Assembly (NCBI GenBank): GCA_964425315.1
Contig: CAYRNB010000002.1
Location: forward strand, 2,973 to 66,972
DNA length: 64,000 nt
Source: an uncultured Rhodoblastus sp.
GTDB lineage: Bacteria > Pseudomonadota > Alphaproteobacteria > Rhizobiales > Beijerinckiaceae
Reading direction: 5' to 3'
Shown: positions 12,705-20,543 of the stretch, in pieces
Layout of the letters: each line of letters begins with the position of its first letter
Position numbering within the stretch: the stretch's first letter is position 1
Program-made: the position numbers and the translations under genes
The notes under the pieces: model-generated
Databases searched by the model: none
The model's input: only the letters and a program-made list of their open reading frames with translations
What the model was told of the DNA's origin: nothing

Positions 12705-13586
12705 ATGACTTTGGAAATTCGTAAAATCGGCGTGATCGGCGCTGGCCAGATGGGCGGCGGCATTGCGCAAGTCAGCGCCATCGCCGGCGTTGACGTCCTC
12801 CTGAACGATTTGACGGAAGAGCGGATCAGCGCCGCCATCGCCAAGATCGACGCCAATCTCAGCCGTATGGTGGAGCGCGAGGCTCTTTCCGCCGCCGACA
12901 AAAACGCGGCGATGGCGCACATCAAGCCGGCCGCGGATTTCAAGCTTTTGTCCGACGCCGATCTCGTCATCGAGGCGGCGGCGGAAAACGAGGACGTCAA
13001 ACGCAAAATTTTCAGCAGTCTGTGCCCACATCTGAAAAAAGACGCCATCATCGCCAGCAATACGTCTTCAATTTCGATCACCCGCCTTGCTTCGATCACC
13101 GACCGACCTGGCCGTTTTATCGGCATTCATTTCATGAATCCCGTCCCACGCATGCAATTGGTCGAGGTGATCCGTGGCATAGCGACAGAGGATGAAACCT
13201 TCCAGGCGGCGCGCGCTTTCGTCGAAAAGCTTCACAAGACGGTCACGGTTTCCGAGGATTTCCCCGCTTTCATCGTCAATCGAATCCTGCTGCCGATGAT
13301 CAATGAGGCGATTTATACGCTTTATGAGGGCGTCGGCTCGGTCGATGCGATCGACACCGCCATGCGGCTCGGCGCTAATCATCCGATGGGGCCGTTGCAA
13401 CTGGCGGATTTCATCGGTCTCGATACTTGTCTCGCGGTCATGCAGGTTCTGCATGAAGGTCTGGCCGATTCGAAATATCGGCCCTGTCCGCTGCTGGTCA
13501 AATATGTCGAGGCGGGCTGGCTGGGCCGCAAGACTCAACGTGGTTTTTATGATTATCGCAGCGGCGTGCCCGTTCCCACGCGCTGA
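12705..13586 (+). CDS. hbd: 3-hydroxybutyryl-CoA dehydrogenase
   Basis: GVIGAGQMGGG Rossmann motif, SNTSSISIT, GIHFMNPVP and NHPMGPL. Confidence 0.95.
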   Translation: MTLEIRKIGVIGAGQMGGGIAQVSAIAGVDVLLNDLTEERISAAIAKIDANLSRMVEREALSAADKNAAMAHIKPAADFKLLSDADLVIEAAAENEDVKRKIFSSLCPHLKKDAIIASNTSSISITRLASITDRPGRFIGIHFMNPVPRMQLVEVIRGIATEDETFQAARAFVEKLHKTVTVSEDFPAFIVNRILLPMINEAIYTLYEGVGSVDAIDTAMRLGANHPMGPLQLADFIGLDTCLAVMQVLHEGLADSKYRPCPLLVKYVEAGWLGRKTQRGFYDYRSGVPVPTR

Positions 13587-13611
13587 CAGCGGTGAAATCA
13601 GCGAGAAATGC

Positions 13612-13651
13612 GGCCGATAACGCCTTCACAAAGGCGTCATCGGCCCTATAC
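13612..13651 (+). promoter_or_regulatory. Hairpin (possible etfBA-hbd terminator) overlapping a putative sigma70 promoter
   Basis: ggccgat-a-acgcctt/caca/aaggcgt-c-atcggcc forms 14 bp at 13612-13645. CTTCAC(13624)-N16-CTATAC(13646) overlaps it. Confidence 0.5.
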
Positions 13652-13654
13652 ACT

Positions 13655-13790
13655 ATTGGCGACTGAGATTCGGCCCCTTAAAAGGGGGGCGACCAGGACG
13701 TAACGGCCAAAATGTATCTCGTCGGAACGAAATTAAGCGTTTTCTCCGACCGGACTCACTCCAAACTGGAGCTTTGCCCGGCGCGCCAAT
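13655..13790 (+). ncRNA. Candidate structured RNA or leader upstream of the HNH operon (unassigned family)
   Basis: Closing stem attggcg/cgccaat, internal hairpins at 13673-13690 and 13759-13771, and alternative helices 13660-69/13716-24 versus 13721-26/13745-50. Confidence 0.4.
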
Positions 13791-13848
13791 TTCTGTCCCT
13801 GCAAACGGTCCTCAAGGAGCAAATAGACGTCGAGACGGGAGACGCGGC

Positions 13849-14025
13849 ATGAAGGCCGCGTCGGTTCCGCCTCGGCGCTCAAGGGCGCTGGTCGTGGAAA
13901 CGGCGGCTCCGGCGGCCGCGCAAAGCGAATCGCTCCTTTCGTCCTTATTTCGCCGCCAGGCCGATGAACGGCTGATCGAGCAAAGTCAGCAAGTGGAAGA
14001 GACGATATTGCGGGAGGCGGCATGA
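13849..14025 (+). CDS. 58-aa hypothetical protein translationally coupled to HNH
   Basis: GGGAGA RBS 5-6 nt before the ATG. Its TGA overlaps the HNH ATG (ATGA), and it ends in REAA. No recognised domain. Confidence 0.55.
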   Translation: MKAASVPPRRSRALVVETAAPAAAQSESLLSSLFRRQADERLIEQSQQVEETILREAA

Positions 14026-14588
14026 ACGCTTCCGTCGCCAATCTGCGTACCCTCGTGCTGAATGCCGACATGCAGCCCGTTTCCTGGGCGCCTCTGTCGA
14101 TTTGGAGCTGGCAGGACGCTTTGGTGGCCTTGCTCAAGGGGCGCGTCTATCCGATCGCGAATTATGACGACGTTGTGGTGCGCTCCGCCAACCAATCCTT
14201 TGAAGTGCCTTCCGTCGTCGCGCTCAAGGCCTATCATCGGCGTAAAACCTTGGCCTTCACTCGATATCATGTTTTTTTGCGCGACGAATTCACTTGCCAA
14301 TATTGCGGTCAAAGGGCGCTGGCCAAGGATTTGACCTTCGACCACGTCACACCGCGTTCGAAGGGCGGCCATACCGTTTGGACCAATATCGTCGCCTGCT
14401 GCCAACGCGATAATCTGTTGAAGGCGGACAAGACGCCAAGGGAAGCAGGACTGAAATTGCGCCGCCTACCATTCGAGCCGTCCCCCTACCAGCTCGACAA
14501 GGTCGCCCGACGCATTCCGCAGGCCAATAGCGAACTCCACAAGACCTGGAACGATTTCCTTTATTGGGATACGGAACTTGAGCGCTGA
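14022..14588 (+). CDS. HNH endonuclease (McrA-like, LVLNA-N-terminal family)
   Basis: LVLNADMQPVS, VFLRDEFTCQYCG, LTFDHVTPRSKGGHTVWTNIVACCQRDNLLKADKTP and C-terminal FLYWDTELE. GGAGG RBS at 14013. Confidence 0.93.
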   Translation: MNASVANLRTLVLNADMQPVSWAPLSIWSWQDALVALLKGRVYPIANYDDVVVRSANQSFEVPSVVALKAYHRRKTLAFTRYHVFLRDEFTCQYCGQRALAKDLTFDHVTPRSKGGHTVWTNIVACCQRDNLLKADKTPREAGLKLRRLPFEPSPYQLDKVARRIPQANSELHKTWNDFLYWDTELER

Positions 14589-14725
14589 CCTCGTTTGCGC
14601 GGACGGCGCAACGCCTAAGGGAAAATCCAGATTGACAGAACGGCGCCACGCGAATAACCGGACCGTCCTATTATCATTGAAGCGTCCCAGCCTTTGCCGG
14701 CGACCGACATAGAGGAATTCCACAC

Positions 14726-15094
14726 GTGGCTAAACCGGAGCTCGGCAGCAAGCGCCAGTGCCAGAACTGCGGCGTCAAATTTTTCGACCTGAACAAGGAC
14801 CCCATTCTCTGCCCCAAGTGCGGAACGACGTTCCAACCGCCGATCCTGTCGCGTAGCGCAGCGCGCGCTGCAGCCGCGGACGACGAAGAGTCCGAATCGC
14901 CCGAAAAGGGCGCGGAAATGGTTTCGCTGGAAGAGGCCGAGGCCGCTGAGGATAAGGTCGCAGCTGTGGCGGATGACGATGTCGACCTAGGCGACGACGA
15001 CTCCGACGACACCTTCCTCGAAGAGGAAGAGGAAGACAACGACGACGTCTCCAACCTTATCGACGGCGACATCGAGACCGACGAAGAAAGTTAA
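14726..15094 (+). CDS. TIGR02300 (FYDLN_acid) family protein
   Basis: AKPELGSKRQCQNCGVKFFDLNKDPILCPKCG zinc ribbon followed by a highly acidic tail. Confidence 0.93.
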   Translation: MAKPELGSKRQCQNCGVKFFDLNKDPILCPKCGTTFQPPILSRSAARAAAADDEESESPEKGAEMVSLEEAEAAEDKVAAVADDDVDLGDDDSDDTFLEEEEEDNDDVSNLIDGDIETDEES

Positions 15095-15263
15095 ATCAGA
15101 AAGTTTGCGAGAAAGCGCGCCCACCCCGATCCCTTCGGCTTACGCGATATTTCGCCAAATTTTTCAATAACCGGCAAAGCGACGCCTACAACGCCTCGAG
15201 AGCGGCCGAACGCTGTCAGTTCAATAGAAAAGGCGATTTTGTCCGCCGCCGACAATCAAAGGG

Positions 15264-15292
15264 CTTGTCGCGTCGTCGCCTTGCCGCTATAC
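15264..15292 (+). promoter_or_regulatory. sigma70 promoter of tRNA-Ala
   Basis: CTTGTC-N17-CTATAC followed by a GC-rich discriminator (agccgccc). Confidence 0.65.
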
Positions 15293-15350
15293 AGCCGCCC
15301 ACTGCTGCGCTGCGGTCGGTCACCCCAAGGGCCGGATATTGGGCGCAAAT

Positions 15351-15426
<76 letters not shown>

Positions 15427-15482
15427 ATTCAGGTCTAATCGTTGCGATTGGCAAAGCTTCGGCTGCGCAAACCACACACAGG

Positions 15483-16859
15483 TCATTCCGCATCGGCCAC
15501 GGTAGCGGCCCCCGAGCGCGAAAAGAGCGAACGCTGCTCGCCGCGCGCCAATTTCCTGACCCCTGCGGCGGCGGCGATCTCGCCCTTATTGGCGTAAGCC
15601 TCGTGATTGCGCTCGATTTCGTCGAGGTCATACAAGTAGTTGACCATGATCGTCGCCGATTCGCGGACGCCTTTCGCCGAGCGGTCGCCAAGCCAGTTGA
15701 TTCGCTCCAAGCGCGCCCCATTGCCCAGATGAAATCGCGCGACTTGATCGATCGGTCGTCCGCTTTCGTTCTTGGCTTTGAGAAAATATTGCGCAGCCAA
15801 AGGCTCTAGGACGCGACGCAAGGCCTCGCGGTTTTCGGGCGAATCGATCCAGTCCGGCCTGTTCAGAATTTCCCGCGAGGCGGCGTCCAGTCCTGGACTG
15901 GCGGCGTCGCTGGTTTCCAGCCATTTCATGAAGCCGGGCGCCGGCGACAGGGTGACGAATTGGTCGAGCCTTGACAGTTCGCGGCGCAATTCTTCAACGA
16001 CTTGTTTTATCAGAAAATTACCGAATGACACGCCCGCCAGGCCATCCTGGCAATTCGAAATCGAATAGAAGACGGCCGTGCGCGCCTTCCTCGCGTGCTC
16101 CGGCTGGCGATCCGGCGCGAGCAGCGTCTGCACATTGTCGGGCATCGCCACGGTCAGCGCGACTTCCACGAAAATGAGCGGCTCGTCCACAAGAGCAGGA
16201 TGGAAAAACGCGTAGCAGCGCCGATCCTGAGGATCGATGCGGCGTCGCAACTCATCCCAGTCGTGAATTTGGTGCACGGCCTCGTAACGAATGATTTTCT
16301 CCAAAATATTGGCCGGCGTCTCCCAATCGATATGACGCAATACGAGAAAACCCGGATTGAACCAGGAAGAGAAAAGGTGAACGAAATCGGCGTCGACCAA
16401 AGCCAGATCGGGATTTGCGCGTTTGAACTTGAGGAAATCCGCGCGCATGGCGACGATATCCTTGGTCCCGCCCGGCGCCCGGTTGAGCCGACGGAATAAT
16501 TCCTGACGGCGCGGTTCGGTCAAATAGTGAAGATTCGACGCCTCCGCCGCGCCGGGATTTCGCCCATAGGCTTCGACGGCTTGCGCGAGCCGCGCCCGAT
16601 CCGGGCCGAAATCCGTCGCCAGACTTTGAAAGAACTCCGCCTTTTCGGATTCGGGCAGGCGCGCATAGGCGTCGAGGACATCACGCGCCAGTGCGGCCCC
16701 GGAAGCTTCGCCGCGCCCCGAGAGCAAAGCTTGGCACAAAGACAGCACGTCCCCCGCCGCGACGGGCGCGCCATTTGACGTCCTGATCCTGCGGTCGAGC
16801 AGATTGCGCCCGCGTTCGGCGATGCTGGTCAGCAAGTCGGAAAAAAAGGCATTGCTCAT
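15483..16859 (-). CDS. Malonyl-CoA decarboxylase
   Basis: YEAVHQIHDWDELRRRI, RRCYAFFHP, FYSISNCQDGLAGVSFGNFLIKQVV and ARFHLGNGA motifs. Confidence 0.95.
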   Translation of the reverse strand: MSNAFFSDLLTSIAERGRNLLDRRIRTSNGAPVAAGDVLSLCQALLSGRGEASGAALARDVLDAYARLPESEKAEFFQSLATDFGPDRARLAQAVEAYGRNPGAAEASNLHYLTEPRRQELFRRLNRAPGGTKDIVAMRADFLKFKRANPDLALVDADFVHLFSSWFNPGFLVLRHIDWETPANILEKIIRYEAVHQIHDWDELRRRIDPQDRRCYAFFHPALVDEPLIFVEVALTVAMPDNVQTLLAPDRQPEHARKARTAVFYSISNCQDGLAGVSFGNFLIKQVVEELRRELSRLDQFVTLSPAPGFMKWLETSDAASPGLDAASREILNRPDWIDSPENREALRRVLEPLAAQYFLKAKNESGRPIDQVARFHLGNGARLERINWLGDRSAKGVRESATIMVNYLYDLDEIERNHEAYANKGEIAAAAGVRKLARGEQRSLFSRSGAATVADAE

Positions 16860-16944
16860 GGCGCGCCCCCAGGCTCAAATTTCGATCGGCAGATTCGACG
16901 CAAAAGCCAGTAAAATTATGATGCAATTGCAAGTCGGGCGCCGC

Positions 16945-17907
16945 CTATTCCGCCGAGAGAACCTTCCTGCATTCGGATGGAAGACTGGCCATAGTCAGCC
17001 CCCGCCTCGGCTTGGCGCGGTGGCCGATCCGCGATTGCCGAACGGACGGCCTGAACCAAAAGGCCAAGGAGGCGGCGTCGCAGCCCTCTCCCGGCGGAAC
17101 CGCGATCTGCTCCCGACACGCCTGGTCTCCCTGCGGACAGGCGATGCGGACATGGAAATGATACTTATGACCCCAATAAGGTCGAATCTTGTGCAGCCAG
17201 GAACGATCGCCGGTTGCTTCACGGCAGAGCGCTTTCTTGATCGCGGCATTGACGAAAATGCGCTCCACTTGCGGATCCAGCGCGGCCGCCCGAATAATGC
17301 CCAGATGTCCCGACGTCCAGACTTTGGGATCGACGTCGAGCCCATCCGGGCGCACGACGCCGACTGCCATCATTTGCTCGCTCTCCGCCCTTGTCAGTCT
17401 TCTGTCAGGCATCGGCATAAGCCATATGTCGGCGTCGAGACCGATCTGATGCGAGGCATGACCCGTCAGCATCGGACCGCCGCGCGGCTGCGACATATCG
17501 CCGACAAGAATGCCAGGCCATCCCGCTGTTTCAGGCGCTTCATTCGCCAGTTTTTCCAGAAATCTGATCAGATTGGGATGGCCCCAGTAACGGTCGCGCG
17601 AAATGCGCATGACCTTCCAGGTTGCGCCGTTAACAGGCATGGCTTGCGCTCCCGCAAGGCAGCCGCGCGAATAAAAGCCGATCGCGTGCGCGTCCATGGA
17701 TGAGGGCTCCGTCTCGCGGCCGAATAATTCTTTCGCCGGCGTCCCCGGACTATTGGGGTGAGCCAGCGGCGGCAAAGGCTTAGGGTTGACCGTGCCTCTT
17801 TCCTGCGCCCAGGCGGCGTAACTCGACGCGAACAATGCCGAAGCAAAGAGAGCGCCAGCGATCGGACGATTGAAGCGTTGTTTCGACCTCATCCCGTCAA
17901 CCTTCAT
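16945..17907 (-). CDS. mepA: Penicillin-insensitive murein endopeptidase
   Basis: GFYSRGCLAGA, GDMSQPRGG, GHASHQIGLDADIW and HFHVRIACP motifs, with a signal peptide. Confidence 0.93.
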   Translation of the reverse strand: MKVDGMRSKQRFNRPIAGALFASALFASSYAAWAQERGTVNPKPLPPLAHPNSPGTPAKELFGRETEPSSMDAHAIGFYSRGCLAGAQAMPVNGATWKVMRISRDRYWGHPNLIRFLEKLANEAPETAGWPGILVGDMSQPRGGPMLTGHASHQIGLDADIWLMPMPDRRLTRAESEQMMAVGVVRPDGLDVDPKVWTSGHLGIIRAAALDPQVERIFVNAAIKKALCREATGDRSWLHKIRPYWGHKYHFHVRIACPQGDQACREQIAVPPGEGCDAASLAFWFRPSVRQSRIGHRAKPRRGLTMASLPSECRKVLSAE

Positions 17908-17989
17908 TTCTGATTGAACTTTACGAAGCCTAGGCGAATTGGAATCGTAGCGCGGGGTGACTGTCCCGAGTTGGTCATGGGAGCGAATT

Positions 17990-18592
17990 ATGCGTAAACA
18001 GATTCAGCTTCTTGTTGTTTTTGTTTCGTTATTTCTCACCCCGCTTACGGCCGCAGCGCGAGTCCACATCACGATTAACCTGTCAACGCAACGGATGGCC
18101 GTTCAAGCCTCAAATGGCGCCTCCTATTCCTGGCGGATATCCACGGCGCGCGCCGGCTATGTCACCCCGCGTGGCGTCTATTCGGCGGTCAATCTGCAAA
18201 GGATGCACTATTCAAAAAAATACCACCATTCCCCCATGCCGCATTCGATATTCTTTCGCGGCGGCTTCGCCATCCATGGCACTTACGAAACCCGCTGGCT
18301 CGGCCATCCGGCTTCGCATGGCTGCGTCCGCCTCTCGCCCGCCCATGCCGCCACTCTTTTCAAATTGGTGCGCGCCGAAGGCGCCACAATCCATATAATC
18401 GGCTCCCCGCCGCCGAGCAGGCCGTTCGCCAGAGCGGGGCGGCGTCATGCGTATCGCCATCATTTCCATCATTCCAGCCGATACAGTCGCTCCGGCCAAC
18501 GCGGCCATGGCTTTTCCTATCTTTCCAATCCGCCCAGACACCGCCACTCACACTCAAGGCCGCGGATCTTCGGCTTCGCAACGGCGCATTAG
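17990..18592 (+). CDS. L,D-transpeptidase (YkuD family) with His/Arg-rich tail
   Basis: Signal peptide, ISTARAG, MPHSIFF and AIHGT...ASHGCVRL catalytic motif. Confidence 0.9.
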   Translation: MRKQIQLLVVFVSLFLTPLTAAARVHITINLSTQRMAVQASNGASYSWRISTARAGYVTPRGVYSAVNLQRMHYSKKYHHSPMPHSIFFRGGFAIHGTYETRWLGHPASHGCVRLSPAHAATLFKLVRAEGATIHIIGSPPPSRPFARAGRRHAYRHHFHHSSRYSRSGQRGHGFSYLSNPPRHRHSHSRPRIFGFATAH

Positions 18593-18606
18593 GCGCGCCA
18601 CAGACA

Positions 18607-18882
18607 CTAAAGGCTCTTCCCGCCTGAATCGTAACGTAATTTGAGCGCGATGATCAGGAGCGTGAGCGCCACCGTCACCACATTGAACACAATAATGGCG
18701 GCGGAGCCGATCAGCAGGCCATAAATCAGCCAGAGTGTGCAGCCGACCGCGAACGTCAGTTGGGTGATGAGGGAAACGGCCTTGGCGTCACGGCTGCGCA
18801 GAATCTTGATCGCCTGTGGCGTCCAACAGAGGGTCGTCAGGGTTCCGGCGGCAAAGCCGATGGTTTCGGACGGAAGGTTCAC
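18607..18882 (-). CDS. SemiSWEET / PQ-loop transporter
   Basis: IGFAAGTLTTLCWTPQAIKILRSRDAKAVSL..LWLIYG: three TM helices with a PQ motif. GTG start at 18882. Confidence 0.88.
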   Translation of the reverse strand: MNLPSETIGFAAGTLTTLCWTPQAIKILRSRDAKAVSLITQLTFAVGCTLWLIYGLLIGSAAIIVFNVVTVALTLLIIALKLRYDSGGKSL

Positions 18883-18917
18883 GCGCCAGTCCCCATATCG
18901 ATTGAGCCATGGCGGTT

Positions 18918-20006
18918 TTATACGCCGCCGAATAGTCGCGCCATCACCCGCGCCGTATAATCGACCATGGGCACGACGCGCGCGTAATTGAGCCTCGTCG
19001 GCCCGATCACGCCGAGCACTCCGACGATCCGCCGCTGGGAATCGTGAAAAGGCGCCGCCACCATGGAGGAGCCGGAAAGCGAAAAAAGCTTGTTTTCCGA
19101 TCCGATGAAAATGCGGACGCCTTCGCCATTTTCTGCGCGCGCAAGGAGATCGATCACGTCGCGCTTGGTTTCGAGGTCGTCGAACAGCAGACGAATGCGC
19201 TCGACATCCGCCATGGCGGTCACATCTTCCAGGAGATTGGCCTGGCCGCGCACAATAAGATTCTGAGCCGCGCCCGCCGGGCCCACCCAACTGGCAAGGC
19301 CCGCGGATACCAACCTCGCGGTCAACACGTCGAGCTCGGCCTGAGCGGCGCCGCGAGAGGCTTCGATCTCGGCGCGTAGCTGGCCCAGAGTGCGGCCGCG
19401 CAGCCGCGCATTAAGATAGTTGCTTGCCTCAATCAGGGAGGAAGGCGGCAAATCCGACGGCACCGGCAGAATACGATTCTCGACCGATCCATCCTCCGAA
19501 ACCAGAATCGCCAAGGCCTTCTCCGGCTCCAGCCGAACAAATTCGACCTGCTTGAGGCGATTGTTCTCCTTGGTCGTCAGAACCACGCCGGCGCCGCGTG
19601 ACAGTCCCGAAACCAACGACCCCGCCTCGACCAGCGCCTCTTCAATCGTCCGTTCGCGCAAAGCCGCACCGATCTGCGCTTCGATTTGGGCTCTCTCCTG
19701 ATCGCTCAGGTCGCCGATCTGCAACAGGGAATCGACAAAAAAGCGCAAGCCCAACTCCGTCGGCAATCGTCCGGCGCTGGTATGCGGCGAATAGACAAGG
19801 CCCAGTTCCTCCAGATCCTGCATGACGTTGCGGACTGAAGCGGCGGAAAGAGACATGGGGAGAATTCGCGACAAATGTCGGGAGCCCACTGGCTCGCCGT
19901 GCGCTAAATAAGTCTCGACGATATTCCGGAAAATCTCGCGCGAACGCTCGTTGAGCCTGGACAGAGCGCCAAGGCCCGGCGGCGGAAATTCGGGGTGCGA
20001 AGCCAT
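18918..20006 (-). CDS. hrcA: Heat-inducible transcription repressor HrcA
   Basis: [32 protein letters not shown] and [10 protein letters not shown] motifs. Confidence 0.97.
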   Translation of the reverse strand: MASHPEFPPPGLGALSRLNERSREIFRNIVETYLAHGEPVGSRHLSRILPMSLSAASVRNVMQDLEELGLVYSPHTSAGRLPTELGLRFFVDSLLQIGDLSDQERAQIEAQIGAALRERTIEEALVEAGSLVSGLSRGAGVVLTTKENNRLKQVEFVRLEPEKALAILVSEDGSVENRILPVPSDLPPSSLIEASNYLNARLRGRTLGQLRAEIEASRGAAQAELDVLTARLVSAGLASWVGPAGAAQNLIVRGQANLLEDVTAMADVERIRLLFDDLETKRDVIDLLARAENGEGVRIFIGSENKLFSLSGSSMVAAPFHDSQRRIVGVLGVIGPTRLNYARVVPMVDYTARVMARLFGGV

Positions 20007-20057
20007 GGGGCAAATCTTACCCCTCGCGCCGCCAGGCGCAAGCGGTTGCGAGAGTCA

Positions 20058-20094
20058 ATAAACCCGAAAGCCCCGACGACGAAGCCGACGGGGT
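20058..20094 (-). terminator. Probable intrinsic terminator of rpsT
   Basis: On the minus strand, CCCCG-U-CGGC/UUC/GUCG-U-CGGGG is followed by CUUUCGGGUUUAUU. Confidence 0.55.
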
Positions 20095-20121
20095 TGGAAA
20101 AGTGCGTTAGCGACCAGGACG

Positions 20122-20394
20122 TTAGCTCTGCTTGGCGAGCGCGGCGACGCCGGCGGTCAAGCGCGACACTTTGCGTGACGCGGCGTTCTTGTGAACGACG
20201 CCTTTCTGCGCCGCCCGCATCAGGACCGGCTCCGCGGCGGCGAGGGCCGTCTTCGCCGCCGTTTGATCGCCGGCGCGGATCGCTTCCTCAACCTTGCGAA
20301 TGGAAGTGCGCATTTTGCTGCGGCGCTGGCGGTTCACCGCCGTGCGGCGGTCGATCTGACGGACGGCCTTTTTAGCCGATTTCGTATTGGCCAT
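20122..20394 (-). CDS. rpsT: 30S ribosomal protein S20
   Basis: [13 protein letters not shown]...[16 protein letters not shown]. Confidence 0.98.
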   Translation of the reverse strand: MANTKSAKKAVRQIDRRTAVNRQRRSKMRTSIRKVEEAIRAGDQTAAKTALAAAEPVLMRAAQKGVVHKNAASRKVSRLTAGVAALAKQS

Positions 20395-20487
20395 AATTTT
20401 CCTCGGACGAAGCGCCGCCCAAATCCTGGGGCGCGCAGTCGAAAAAACGTTGACGGCGCCTGTTGCAGGCGCCGCGAGCAGAGGCGC

Positions 20488-20516
20488 TTATAAGCGCGAA
20501 ACCGACCGGACGTCAA
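20488..20516 (-). promoter_or_regulatory. sigma70 promoter of rpsT
   Basis: Minus strand TTGACG-N17-TTATAA. Confidence 0.7.
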
Positions 20517-20543
20517 CGCGCGATTTGGGCTCCCGTCGCGGCT

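Larger units (their letters stand above)
13580..14589 (+). repeat. 8-bp direct repeat GCGCTGAC flanking the HNH cassette
   Basis: GCGCTGAC at 13580-13587 contains the hbd stop, and at 14582-14589 contains the HNH stop. Confidence 0.45.

Noticed and set aside
13689-13701. 13-mer GCGACCAGGACGT shared with 20110-20122
   Set aside because: Chance 13-mer matches are expected in 64 kb of GC-rich DNA, and there is no shared context.
13739-13758. Hammerhead-like string UGAGUCC-GGUC-GGAGAAAAC on the minus strand
   Set aside because: It lacks the CUGAUGA core and a proper GAAA-stem III junction.
14022-14588. HNH plus upstream RNA as an IscB/HEARO (OMEGA) system
   Set aside because: The protein is 188 aa with no PLMP domain, split RuvC or bridge helix. 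It is kept only as an unassigned RNA-associated candidate.
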